The translations under genes and the position numbers were made by a program. A stretch of DNA of 63,996 nucleotides, filler included, from Basidiobolus ranarum (lineage: Eukaryota): NCBI GenBank assembly GCA_040143965.1. It is 6 parts of 6 records of this genome, joined end to end, with 100 filler letters (N's around TTAATTAATTAA, not from the genome) between each part and the next. Parts side by side here need not be neighbours in the genome. Positions count along the whole stretch, not along the records: positions 21,895 to 32,726 come from JASJQH010007538.1; positions 32,827 to 43,647 come from JASJQH010007539.1; 4 more parts are not named here. One strand, 5' to 3'. Below, one piece after another: positions 24,121-38,200 of the stretch. The notes below the pieces were generated by a model. It was not told the origin of the DNA. It made no database searches and saw only the letters and a program-made list of their open reading frames with translations. Each line of letters opens with the position of its first letter. Position 1 is the stretch's first letter.

Positions 24121-26213
24121 ACCTTTTCACCTTTACTTGTTGGAGCCTATGCTTTTAAATCTAGCTAGGGGATATGTTCCTAATATCAAGCCGTTTGAAC
24201 CATTTTCATTTAACTCCTTTTACCGATTGCTTTTGTTTCATGTTCAAAAGTCACTCACTATCTCTATATCTATTCTGTTGCCTTTCAACTACGACATGAA
24301 ATTACTTCCGAAGTATTCAAGAATTCCAATTACTTCAATAAATTCACTGTCAAACGGCCACCTCAGTTATTTGTTAGTAAACATAAATGAACCAATCTAA
24401 TGGAAGCTAGATAAAGTCATTCTAATTCACCAATGGAAAGGTACATTTCACATTAAGGTATAACAGGTATGACAGTAGTAGTGATGACCTGAATATACAC
24501 TAAATAAATATATGGAACACGAAAAAAATCATCGGACCAATGGAAGCTATCCAGTCGATACGTTATCATTACCTCATCGGAGACTACTTTACTCAAAAAA
24601 GCAATTTCCTCATGAATGGGATATTTTAGGTTGGTCAGCCAAAGACTAAATAACCATTCACATATTAGTTTAGATTGAAGATTGATTAAAAACAGGGAGT
24701 ATGATGAATTCGATTCCATTCGAGATATTCACGAATTTCTTCACCAAACTGCTTTTCGTTCAAGGAAAATTCAATAGAAACTTCCAAAGTGAGCATTTCC
24801 TAGTGAGGGAAGGAAAATTCTCTTTTATTCAAAGGTTAATGACTATTCGAGTGTCGTAGATTTACTTTCAATGTTAATCTAGTATTAAATTGTCACCACC
24901 CTCAACATTCAATGTTTACCTCAATGAAGTTACATTCTACTGTCATCATTTGTGCACAATATCGCCATTATCTTGGACTTGGTTACCGATGCATTGACGG
25001 ATACTGTTGAATAAGAATCATCGTTGCGTCAATCTCTACGATCGAAGTAACTATTGATGCCATCAAATGACTTCCAGATAGCCTTCAATAGATTCGTTAC
25101 ACATTGAATGTTGAGGGTGACAATGTGGTGGAGGTGACCCAAGAGGTGGTGATGTCTCGATGAGCGAGGGGTTCGTTTCAATGAAGAATACGGCGTATCT
25201 TCGCAATTGGTTGAGATGAAATGACTCCATATCCGGCGTTGCCCTGTCAATCTTCGATAGATTTTAGTTTGTATATCTCTGTTTGTGGTTTAGTATAGCC
25301 ACTTTGATAAACAAACCCAATACAGTGCGATATATCGGAATACATTGAGTATGTTGGTGTTGGTGCTGGTGATTCAAGTGAGACCAGTCCATTCCTTATC
25401 CTATACTTCACGTGATTTCATTCTTGGGTATTCTGGATGTTTCAACCACCAAATTCAGTTAACAAATTTTACGGAGATCACTCATATTTCCTACACAACA
25501 ATGTCTGAGTACTTTTGTAAGCACCATCGAAGATCATGACCAAAGAGTCCATCTTTTTGGCTACAAAGATAGTGAAGAATGAATGATGAGTGTACTAATG
25601 AGTGATCAATTATCCACCTGTATATCATTCGTTGCATCGTGAACTGGTCCAGAAATCTTCTCTCAAGTTGACCTAATCAAGCTCAAAAGGATCTAGAACA
25701 AGTGTTCTGATTGATTCGGTGATATCTCAGTCATGCATTGCCAAAACCATTTCCAGACTTTTGATAGCAGGCTTCTTGGTAGAAGTCCCTACAATTGACT
25801 GAATTAAGTGAGGTGTACTGCGATAGTGAGATACCGAGCGATGTTCTCTCGATAGAAGAGGGTACCAAGAGAATATGGCTATACCCGGAGTAAATGGACC
25901 TCTTGGTGATAGGATAAGTCCACAAAGTGATCAAATGTTGATGTATTTATTATTAATGAAGGGCAATATTGGATATTGCTCCATAGCTGCCATTAAGATC
26001 TTAAACAAGGTGATCATTTAACAAAGTTATAGAATGAAAGTAAGTCATTCAAGTGAATTCGAATGGTCTTGATATTAAACTTTTTGATGTTGAAAATAGC
26101 GCCTTTCTAAACTTGGGATATGGGGAGCGTATAAATTACTTGAGTGGTCTGAGATCGGGGAAATGTAGCGTACGCATCACCACTCTTTAAAAATTATCTA
26201 AGTTAACTATGTC

Positions 26214-29200
26214 TTAACTTGGGGGCACATATATTTTCACCACTGAATCTGTACCACCGCTAGCAAGCCATGGAAGAGATAGATGATATCGAACGCAGCA
26301 AACCCCTTCATCGGATTTACGGCGGTGCGAACTGAACTCCTGCAAGCATGTATACATGGTGGTATCCCAAACTCGTATAGAGGAATCATGCCCTATTTCG
26401 TAACGAAAGATATAAAATTTGCAGCAAGTGGATGAGACTAATACACTAAGGACAAACCTCCAGAGACCAACTGCAATCCAGTGTGATTAATATCCAACGT
26501 AGAAACAGAATCCAGATGTGCAATCATGGAATGTATACATTGTCCTGGATATCCAAATGTTAACATGGAGTAGGGCGAAGCAACAAATCTCGTAAACAAA
26601 GTACCTGAATTGATATCGAAGAAACGGATATACCGGTCTTCATGGGCAGAAATTACCAGAGGAAGCGTGGGGTGAGCAACTATCTTGTTAATTTGGGTGG
26701 CATTCGTAGAGTCTAGATCATGTCAAAGTTTAGTAATCTTCAAGGGGGGCTCAGACATGGCACTTGAATATGTGTACCATAGGTTGAATCGCTATTGAAG
26801 TTCAAGATTGGTTGTCCAGTTTCGATGTCGAATAGTCGAATGATGGAGTTTTGGTAGGCAATCATCAGTTTGTTTAGTTCCGAATGACTGAACTCAATCG
26901 ATGTGGGGTTTGGCGAGTATTTGTCTAAAATGGCAAATGATTAATTGACTAATCCTAAAGGATTGAAATGCTGGATTTTACCCATTCCATTGATCTCCCC
27001 TCCGGCATTTATTCCATCATACCCAATTGAGCTCTTGAGTGGAGAGCTGTTGTTCTCAACATCCCAAAGTTTTACTGTTCCGTCAGCGGAGGCAGAGGCG
27101 ATCAAGCGTGTACCTCCGCTTTGCTCAGGATGAAGTCTCATATCCCAGATAGAATCAGTGTGTCCGATAAAGGCGCCACAGGAGATTGCGGCGTCTTTGA
27201 AACAATAGTTGAGAATAGGGTAGTTTGTAGTAAGAGAATATTACTTTCATATACCATTTGCGCTGTATAAATCTCTGTCAGATGGAGGAAGATTCCAAAT
27301 CCGAATGGTCGAGTCCAAGCTAGATGAGTAGCACTTGTTCTGCTCAGTCATAAAGAGTACTGAACTAACAGCAGATGTGTGTCCACGGAAGTTCATAAAT
27401 GGCTCACACTCTGGTGCTCTAAGTTGGTTGTTTAGCAGTTGATCATTAACAATAATAAGAAAACTATTTACTTTTTGCTAGTATTCTTACGAATGCGCCA
27501 AAGCTTAACAAGGCCATCTTCGGATCCAGAAGCCAGAATCGGGTTTGTAGGGTGGAAATCGATTGCTCGGACAGTATCCAAATGACTGAACAGTAGTTTA
27601 GAAAACAGTGCACACAATCGTATGCCTCAAATAGTTACCTTCTCAATGCCAATTTGGGCTTCCAGAGACGTTCGTCTAAGTTCTTGGATTCAGTCCTTGC
27701 CTAGTACAGAATAGAAGCAAACTGGTAAATACAGGATAAACTATGAGCCGCCAAAAATATCCAACCTCGTTAGTGGATGAATCGACGTCGTTATTATCTA
27801 AAGACCAAGTAAGCGAATCTAATTCGTTCAGCGATTCTATGTTCAAAGTTTTTGTTAAAATAACAATGGATGTGATGAAATATCTAGTTTGTGGAAACCT
27901 GTTGCCTCAGTCTTGGATTTACTATCGTATTTCTGCATAATAGTGGTTAATTTCTCAGAAGAGATATTGTACTGATCTTGGATTTCACGCATCTTTGAGG
28001 ATAACATGTTGTTGTTAGAATAGTTTCAGGAAATGCTTTAGATTCAAGAACTATACAAACCAATGTCTCTTCTTCATTATCTGCGTCTATAACCTCAGAG
28101 TTACTGTTGGTCAACTTCTCTCTAGTTTGAATTCCATGATCATCACCATCGTCACGCTTCTCAAGAGTTTCAAGTAAATCCCCATCGTAAGTAGGAGGAG
28201 CTAGAACGGTGATTCTGCGCTTCTTTTTTTCATCAGCTTCAGGGTCTCTAACACGAAGAGTGACATGCTCATCCCCGTTATCAGAAGATGGTTCTTCTGA
28301 GATGTACGGGATATCTTCAATAACTGAAGTATCCAAGTCTAAGGCCACTTGGACATTTAAATCCACAGCACCAATGGGGTCTTCAACCTCTCCCTTGATC
28401 TCGGGTTCCGGGGTTTTCTTTACTTGGCGTATCTTAGCGAGCAGGGTGGGAATCGGTTTTACAATAGATGTTTCTGATTGAGAGCGCGGTCTTGTGAATA
28501 TCACTTGCTTTTCAACTGGGGGTGTTTGGGACGTAGATTGACTCTCTAGATCTTCAGATGCGCTATGCTCCTGTTGTACTAGAGTTTCTTCCATAGGCTC
28601 AGGTGTTGGATCTGGAGCAGAAATATCAGTCAAATACCCAACCTCTTGTAAACATCTAAAGTTTGACAAAAACCATTAACATAATCATAAAATAACAGTG
28701 AGATTTTGTATAAACTAACGATCTAAGAATGTCCCGAGTTTTTGCTTTAGATTTGGTGTTATTTGCAGTATTGAAATGCGAATAAAGGGAAGGCGATGAG
28801 TAGGATTGAAGAAGGGAAGCTAAGATGAAATTTAGATATAAATAAATGATTTATTGAATAATTGGTTCGAAGAAAATCTAAATACCTCTGTTTTCACCAC
28901 TCAGTTCCTCACTCCTAGTCTTTGGCAACGTAGATGGACCGCTTTTCTCTTGGTCAGAATCACGCAACATTTCCATTGGAGATTTTTTGGTAGTGTTCTG
29001 CTCTACGTATTTGTTTCTGTATAGAAAAGATGGATTCAGCTTTTGATGAACTTGAAGTGATTGAAGAATAAGTCATATACCTTTCTTTACGCAAAGCGAA
29101 TTCGAGCATCTTTACTCTGCGCATCAAATCAGCTTTTATATTTTCAACGCCACGCCTTTCCCCTTCAAGGAAAGCAACCCGAGCCTGAATACGAATAGGT

Positions 29201-29585
29201 GTGAAGTTAGAGGAAAAATGAAACAAAGAGAAATTAAGGGACGATGATGTAGAATTCGAACTACATTATAGAGGCTAGCCTATATCAGAAGTGATAAAGG
29301 GGTTCGAAGAAGAGAGATGAATATATACCTTCATTGCAGCTTTTTCAATTTCCCACTCATTCCTATCTCTTTCAAATCTCCGCCATTCGACTTGAAGAAA
29401 ATGTAATACTCCAGGCAAAGTATATTCAGGAGTGATGGAAGGCTATGAAATGGGGATTTTAGGTGTTTAAGTTTCATTGATAAAAGTAGTGGAATGTTAA
29501 GAAGTGCTGGATGACAGTAAAGAATCTCCAAAATTAAGTAAGAGATAAGTTCGAAACTTACTTTAGTCTTTTCCATCAACGACAT
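26214..29585 (-). CDS. Striatin (STRIPAK scaffold; Far8/PRO11 homologue)
   Basis: [55 protein letters not shown]; acidic linker; WD40 repeats ([43 protein letters not shown]); many introns. Confidence 0.93.
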
Positions 29586-31055
29586 GTGACCATACATTTG
29601 TGCTAAAGAATAGATGTTTGCAGATGTCGAAGGTAGTAACAAATATACAAATTTAGCAAGTCAAATACAGAGTGAACAAATTTATCACAACTCGCGACCA
29701 AAGGTTGACTATTATCCACTTCATCCTATATCGGAGCAGATGATTTAAATCAACTTCTTCGCTGACTCAACAAATGTTGGCATCCAATATTTTGGATAAG
29801 ATCTAGTTTAAACTTACGCACCAATATCCAAGTCTCTTGAGATTAGAAACGAATGCGAGCAAAATTCTACGTGCTTCGATCCAACATTCATGTGGCTATG
29901 ACACTGCAAGAGCATTGAGAGTACCCATTCCGCAAAAAATGCAAAAATGATCGGAGAATCTCAATATCTAACCTGATTGAATGCGCGTCATGGGTATTAG
30001 AGGAGAATTAATTCTATTTGTCTGCCAAAATGCCATAATAAGATCAATCAGACAATCAATCAAAGCAGCTTACAAGTCTTGTGAGGCTGCTAGTGGTTAC
30101 AAAACCGAGCCACAGTTGAGCTTTCGGGTACCATACCCGATCTCAATCGGATTGAGGTGAGTCTGCTGGTAGGAAAGCCAGGTAAATATCATCAGCCCAC
30201 CAAGCAAATATTTCCCACGGCCTATCCTCAATTTTCTCTTTTACTCACGCATTCCTTCAAAGTGTACTATCAGGTGACCGTGAGCAAATCTTCGTATGGA
30301 TACTGTTGAATGAACACCTCTATGCTGCAGATGGTGAGACGGCTTGAGGTGTAGAAACAAGACATATCTCTAGCATGCTTACATAACATTCGGATATAGG
30401 ATGCCATATATTACCCTTCCTCTAAGTGGTGTAGTGGCCTAAACCTGTCCGTTTTTCCATGTTGCATCAGATCTTAAATCGCTCAAGACTGCAAGTCACT
30501 GTAAGAGCTAAGAGCGTGGGAATAGTCCATCCGCATTATGTTCGATATTGATAGAGTAGGCCCCATATCGGAAGTATTCTCAATATAGGTGGTTTATTGT
30601 GGCTCCAATACAGATCCTGACGTACTCAGAAATCTATCTCTGGCTCATTTAGAGCTTTGATATCAGATTAATTTGAGAAGCGGTCGCCACTAGTGTTTTT
30701 CTAATGGAATAGGCCTTGAAATATCAGTTGATATTGCTAAGCGACTGTATTCCTTGCTTATTAAGGTAACTCTGCTATGAAACTCCATTGACAGCCCCTA
30801 GGATTTGTTCCCTGGCTCCCATCGATGGGAGTGACAGAATCAGGTGAACGTTACTGCGATGTGTTAACCAATACTTTTTTCATTGTTTTATTCCCAATGT
30901 TTGACATGTTACCAGCTAATTTACCAAATTACTTACCCGAGTCTACCCTCCAATATTGTTTATAAATCAAATCACTCTACTATTTGAGACTTGTGCGATA
31001 TTGATATTATCTTCCGTCTGAACTATCCTCTCCTTATTTCTTCGCTCATACAGTC

Positions 31056-32419
31056 ATGTTGAAGACCATTCTCTCTCAAACCAACATTCTCTCTAAGGTT
31101 GCAGCCAACCAGGGCTCGAAGCTTCTTCGTCCAACCTTCTCTCTTGCTACCACTATTCAACAACGTGGCAATGCTTCAACTTCGGATGCTAATGTTTTCC
31201 GCGTAAGTAACCTCTAATTTCATCAGTCTCTATGTTCCCCTTCTAATACGTAAATTTTCCTTTAGGCTACCGAGTTAGAGAAAATCCCTAATTCTAAGCA
31301 AAAAGACCTTGTACCCAACCAAGACTTAATATTTGGACACACATTCACAGACAATATGTTAATGGTAGAATGGGAAGCTGACAAAGGTTGGGGAAAACCA
31401 GTAATTAAGCCTTACGGAAAGATCTCCATTGAACCTAGTTCTGTTGTATTGCATTATTCCTTTGAAGTAAGTAGTTATTTTCCCTTTTGGTTTTGTATTT
31501 TACCCATATTTATTTGATTGTTTATTAGTGCTTTGAAGGCATGAAAGCATACAAGCATATGCAAGGCAGCACCCTTCTCTTTAGACCTGATTTAAATATG
31601 CTACGTTTGAATCGTTCCTCAGAAAGACTTACACTTCCTAACTTTGATGGTAAAGAGCTCACCGAGTGCATCAAGGAACTTCTTCGCACCGATGACAGAT
31701 GGATCCCATCAGACCGTGGATATTCTCTTTATATCCGCCCTACCATGATCGGTACTTCCGAGTTCATTGGTGTGGGACCTAGTGAGCGTGCTATGTTGTT
31801 CGTGATCTGTTGTCCCGTCGGACCATACTATAAGACAGGATTCAAAGCAGTTTCTTTACAAGCCACCGTTGATAAAGTACGTGCTTGGCCCGGAGGTACC
31901 GGAGATTCTAAGATTGGTGGAAACTACGCCCCTGGCATTTTACCCCAAATCAATGCTATGAAACAAGGATTCCAGCAAAATCTTTGGTTGTTCGGAGAAG
32001 ATCACGAAATCACCGAAGTTGGTACCATGAACTGCTTTATTTTCCTCAAAAATGAAAAGGGTGAAAAGGAACTCGTAACACCACCTCTTAATGGTATGAT
32101 TCTTCCTGGTGTCACCAGAGATTCGATCTTGAGCTTAGCCAGAGAATGGAATGAATTCAAAGTCAGTGAGCGAAAGATAACCATGTCCGAGATCATTAAG
32201 GCAGAAGAAGATGGCAATCTTCTTGAAATGTTCGGTACTGGTACTGCATGTGTTGTTAGTCCCATTAAGATGATTGGCTATCAAGGCAGAGAGATTCAGG
32301 TTCCATTGAACCCTAAGGATCCTAACACTCAAGCAGGCCCATTGACTCAACGCTTCAATGACACCTTATTAGGCATTCAATATGGTGAAATTGAACATCC
32401 TTGGTCTGTGGTAGTTTAA
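31056..32419 (+). CDS. BAT1: Branched-chain amino acid aminotransferase, mitochondrial
   Basis: Exons 31056-31203, 31267-31466, 31528-32419; basic presequence; LIFGHTFTDNML, LHYSFECFEGMKAY, YIRPTMIGT, KIGGNY, EVGTMN, ILPGVTR. Confidence 0.95.
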
Positions 32420-33471
32420 TTTTCGATCTCTATAAAGTACCGCTGTAACATACAAGTTTATTTCGGAGATCAAGCCAGCTGATCGGAGTGCACTCTAAGA
32501 AATGATCTAAGTTCAATATTCTTTTTATCGAATGTTAGCTCCCCCCCCCAATTCAATTCAATTCAATTATATTATCATACATCACTCCAACATTCTTTTG
32601 TCTTCCAATTTGAGTATTTCCCATATTTATTGTCATCTGAATGCCATTTTTGTTTTCTATAAAGTAATCTTTAGAGTTTGGTTGAAAATACTTTGCGATA
32701 GAAAAAAACTAACAAGGAGATTCAACNNNNNNNNNNNNNNNNNNNNNNNNNNNNNNNNNNNNNNNNNNNNTTAATTAATTAANNNNNNNNNNNNNNNNNN
32801 NNNNNNNNNNNNNNNNNNNNNNNNNNCTAATAATAATAGATGTCCTGATTGTTACTTTGTTTAGACTAGTATATATGCTAAATAGAGTTCACACCACCTG
32901 GTGCTTTTCATCCTCCCCTGAGCTACGAGGCATTTGGTCTGCCAACTGCGTGGCTGTTGCAGGTAATTTTATGATGCAATAGTTACTAGCATTAGCAATT
33001 CTTTTTCTGATGTTCAGCTCCAGCTTACTACATATTCAAAGAGAAGTGTAAATTATTATGCACACTTATCGCGATTTTGAAACTTATATAATATTTTGTA
33101 TCGTTTGTTATATTGGTCTCTGAAGTTAGATATCTAGTCTATGCTGATTGCGCAGACTCGGATCCTCCAAGCCCTCCGGCTTCACTTCTTATTTTCTAAA
33201 CATTTATCATAAACAACATAATACTGCAGGGTCAATAATCTAATACCAATCACTGTCTTTATTATTTTCTGGATATATTCGTAGAACGCTTATAAATTAT
33301 ATTCATGTAGTAGGTGAACCAGTTTTTGTAAAGCATGATTGGTAAAATATTTGTGGTTGATATCAATCATGTCAAGAGCTGTCTGGGAGATTGAATAGGG
33401 ATGGTTGTAAAATCTCAAATCTTTGAGGAGATGGAAAACTGAGGCCTCGTGGCAATGTGTAATCTAGTAGG

Positions 33472-34698
33472 CTATTGAGGCTTAGGGAAACCAGCGGTTC
33501 ATCACACCCTTGATTTGCTCCTATTGCAAATAACAACACCTTGAATTAGTACATAACTTCTCACATCCCTCATACATACATCGTAATGAATCATACCAAA
33601 AATACAAATGTTAGGATTGTGTGCGGCCTGATGATTACCACAAATACTTAGTTAGTTAGGGTAGTTTTGAAGTATGAGGCAATAAACTTACCCAATTCTC
33701 AAGTAATGTGCCAGTACTCCCTTATATAAACCCGATACTCCCTCAGTATATACAGTACGTACAAAACAATGGATTGGATTCCTATATAGAGCACCTTTCC
33801 CTGTAGCTTGATTAGCCTTTTGGTTGTACATACGAGTGCTAACAACATCGAAAGGGTTCATTACAATGCAAACAAAAACACTAGTGATCATAGAGGCAAG
33901 GCAATGGGTATACACATTATCTTCAAAACTCGGAGACTTTAAAATGGCTTGTTTGCATTTATCGTAACTCGAAAGTTGTGCTGCCGAACCAATACTAGTT
34001 CGCATCATTGCTGCATCAACTCCTCTGAACAATCCACGAATTCCTTCTTGACGAAATATTTGACTTAGCCCACTAAAAGTACTTTTGTAGTGGTGCTGGT
34101 ATCCAATAGCATTTGTTGGAGAATAAGACTGCATACGAGTCTTGACCAAGTAGAATGGTGAAGAAATAGCTGCTGCGCAAACGCCAGAGGCAGCACCTGC
34201 GATTACAGCGGTAGTCATTGCATCATCAGAAGACAGTATTTCGTTAAAAAAACTTTTAAATGGGTCGTACAATGTAAAACGAGTGCCGTTCATGGCAACT
34301 TGATAACAATAAGCTGGACCCAACCCTTTTTGAAGTCCTCGAATACCTTCAGTTTTGAATATTATAGTGAGCGCTGAGAAACTATTGTTATAAGGGCGCA
34401 AACCAGCATTTTTAGCTGTTAATTCTCCCTGAAGCTGTAAGCGCGTTTTCACCACCTAAGATAGCATTAGTTTACGATGTAACAGCCGAAACATTTACGT
34501 ATCTCAAAAGTTAGAGAAACAAATCGATATGAAGCTTCTTACCTCCCACGGATTAGAAAAAGTAACAGCAGCGCATGTTGCTAAACAGGCAGAAACTCCA
34601 ACTTTAAGAAGTGAGCGATAACTCGAGGCTTTGGAATCGGTCCTCTGAGTTTGTGAGGAGTTGGATAACGAAACAGTAGAGGCATTAACAGTTGCCAT
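33472..34698 (-). CDS. OAC1: Mitochondrial oxaloacetate/sulfate carrier
   Basis: AVTFSNPWEVVKTRLQLQGEL, GLQKGLGPAYCYQVAMNGTR, PFYLVKTRMQSYSP, NPFDVVSTRMYNQ, HYLRIGPHTILTFVF; three carrier repeats; four exons. Confidence 0.9.
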
Positions 34699-35278
34699 TT
34701 GAAGCCAGAGGTAAAGTATTAGAAATTGCACTTGGTATTAAGAACCGGTACAAAATGAGAATCTTGATCAGTTTGAAAATAGCCTTGACTACCAGTCCTG
34801 TAATTAGGCACAGCAATCCTCGATAAGGACACTTGCCTGTTTCGGGCATAATTCAGGATATGTGTACATTAGGAAATGTAAAGAATCTATTAAATCCTAC
34901 TGTATATATTCGAGCTTTGATTCAAATTATCTGATATTTCTCACGCAATCGCTCATTCCTTTTAATTGCTTCGCATGGCTATTCGATAATTATTCCGTCA
35001 TGGCAGAAAGGAAGTTCGGGAACAAAAGCAGCTCCTACATGTGTGAATAAATGATCAGATTTATTTTAACAAAAATTACAAGATATACACAAACTGAAAC
35101 CTCAGTAGATGCCCTGTGAGATCACAAATATCAACATATCTCTGATCAATTACTATATTTATACAAACTAAAAATCATCATGTACACAACTGATTTTACT
35201 TTGAATGCGCATTGATGCTTACAATGTTCATGTTTAAAGCGCAAGTTGCACGACTTTCGTCTTTGTGTGCTTATCATC

Positions 35279-38200
35279 ATGGATAGTCATTATTATACTC
35301 CAAGCAGTGATCTAAAGGAAGAACAAAACTTGGAGGCCGAGGTTTTTGAAGGTGAATCTTCTAGTATTTTATATGTTAAATCATTTGGGCAATACATTGA
35401 TCTGTAAAAGAATATGCTACCCAAGATTCTGGGAATCGTAATGTCAATGAAGAACCCGATTACTCATCGAATTCCGAAGATCAGTTAAGCGCTCACTCAA
35501 TTGCCAGAAGACTTGGTATTGCCAAAGATGTGAATGACGATATGGTAGAGGGATATGGCTTCAATCGAACTTCAACCCCACCAAAAGTAGTATCTACAGC
35601 CAAGGCCCTCTCATCGTTTTCTAATGATATCAATTCGGATAGTCAATCCAATAATCAGTCCCCAAATCGGTACTATTTTATTTTTGAAAGTATTTAGTTT
35701 GATGTATGTTACATATCACAAATTTAGCACATCATTACGACAAACAAGCTTGGAGCCAACATTGCACCAACAAGAGTCAACCCCAACCGCTTTGTTTAGG
35801 GAAAAAACTACCACCTCGATTTCTTCAACTGCATACACTTACCATAAAAGAAAAAGGTACCATAATGAAGATAGGTTGGACCAAGACGAAAATACACTTG
35901 TAGAATTGGAACCTGTTGAAGTATGGAATCGATGCTATACTTATTTATGTATAATTTATTAAGTCATATTGAAGATTATCTTAGCGATCAACTATAAGCA
36001 AAAGAAATTAGGATGCGCCTATTATTCGTTCACCGATGGCGTGATGTATTTGATGGATGATTGTCAGGAAAATGAAAGTTTTGACTTGGTCCGAATACGT
36101 GAGTTTATCTCGCGCCGATTAACTTTTAATAACCTATTTTAAATCAGTTGATTCAGTAAATCTGCAGATTTCACCATCAGTTATCATTTCTTGCTTGCGG
36201 GCAGACGAGTCCTTTTTAAGTACTGTGGGAGAATTTGGTAATCATAATGTTTCTAATTAATCGGAGTAATAGCTAACACTAAATTTGTTTAAGCCAAAGC
36301 CAAGTTAAAGCTTCGCCCAAGTACGGAATTTTCATTCCAAAGTGGAAAAAACAAACTAGTATCTCTCAAAATTAGTAAACTTCGTAGTGTTGATAGTGAG
36401 GAGAAATATTTATACCTATCAACTTTTGCAAGTATAACTAATAATATGACGGTAATATATAATGATCCATATCTGTTAGTAAAGAGAAGTTTAAATAGAT
36501 GATAATTCATTAGATTGGATGTGTCAGTGCACTGCTTTCACATCTGAATACACAAAATGTTGTCAGACAAGCAAGCGTTGGTTCTCTTGCCACGTTCGAA
36601 ATATTGGATGTTCAGAAATTCTCTTTGTATGTATGCTTTCTTAAATATTACTGCTAATATTACTCACTACTTCTTAGAGAGTCTTTTCTAAATGTAAGCG
36701 AAGATACCATCGCGTAAGTCATACTTTGAGCAAAAAAATTTATCGGCCTGTTGCAGTAACTGGAGGTACTAGCTCTTTACAGATATTTGAAGAAGAGGCT
36801 CATCCAAATATGCATATGCAACTCAAAAACAAGGAAGGTGTTTCACTCTTTGGTAATAACACTACAGTATATTAGCAAGCAACGTAGATTTTTAAACCAT
36901 ACTACATAAGGCATATTAAATGAAACCAAAAGCTCCATTGGAAATCAACTTCTCCGACTATGGCTTCTTCGCCCAAGTAGAGATCTGGAGGTTATTAACG
37001 AACGACTGGATATAACTGAATTTTTTCTTCGCCCAGAGAGTGCTTATTTGGCAGATCAACTTAGAAACTGCCTCAAACAAATACGAAATGTACCCAGGGT
37101 TATGGAAAGATTACTTGGTAGAACTACAGTCCATGAATGGCAAGTAATTTTGAAGGTGTGAGTTTATATTATTATATCTTTACAATAGTTTATTACTCAT
37201 ATTCTTAGTTTGTCTACAACTGTTTACGGATAGGATATCTAATCAATGAAATGGCCGGAACTTCCATTTCTTTATTCTTGAAGGTAGTCAGTCTCTTTCC
37301 CATGTAGATTCATATATACTTCCCTAATATGAGAATCCTAGATGCACAAAGTGTTTGCCATTACTGATTTCAAAAATATTGGAGCATGGATTAATGATTT
37401 GGTATATATGGGTTTTGGACACAAGTATAGCTTAGATTTTGTTAATGAAAGTTCCTAGATTGATTTTGATGAAAGTCTCTGCGAGAATCGTGTAGTAGTC
37501 AAAAGTGATGTAGATGAGGTGAGTCCCCAGCGTTAATGATATTTCAGAAGAGGTAGAACTAAATTAAGTTAAGGAATTGGATGAGATGAAAAGACTATAT
37601 AATGGTTTATCAAGTTTTTTGGTAAAATCGAATGATATACTTTTTTGTATTCTCCCATTAATCTTTTCTTAACGTGATAGTCTCATGTCGCTGTGGAGAT
37701 TAGTAGAGATATCTCAACAGATTTGGCTCAAAATTTGAATGTAGTTTACTTTCCTCAACTGGGTTATCTTATCGCTGTTCCGTTTAAACGTGATTTAGAG
37801 GAAAATAACTTTACCATAGAGAGTCTTGAATTTCAGGTAACTCTCATGTTTGTCACTTAGTAATGTTCAGATACTTACCTCTTTGTCAGTTCTGTACTAC
37901 CAACACTATATACTACAAAAATAGTCGCATGAAAGGTATAGTTATTGCTGTTTGTTGTGGAAAATATATCGCATATTTATGATCTGGCTTATTTCAAGAA
38001 CTTGATAAGACCATTGGAGATATTCACGGATCTATAATTGGTTAGTATATTATGGCTCACTCTTCGGCTTTCTACAGTTGATTAAAAGACATCAATGGGT
38101 TCAAGATCGCGAAATTGAGATTATTCAAAGTTTACAGCAGAAAATAGTCACTTACCGACCAATGCTTATTGAGAGCGCTAATCTCTGTGCAGAACTAGAC

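Noticed and set aside
24121-24400. Long hydrophobic C-terminal extension of the PRL ORF
   Set aside because: Probably read-through of a 50-nt intron (24047-24096) into the 3' UTR
29700-31000. Short hairpins in the striatin-BCAT intergenic region (e.g. ctcaatcggattgag near 30142)
   Set aside because: Stems short enough to arise by chance; no tRNA or ncRNA fold recognised
32827-33100. Possible terminal exons of a gene at a contig start
   Set aside because: Too short and no recognisable motif
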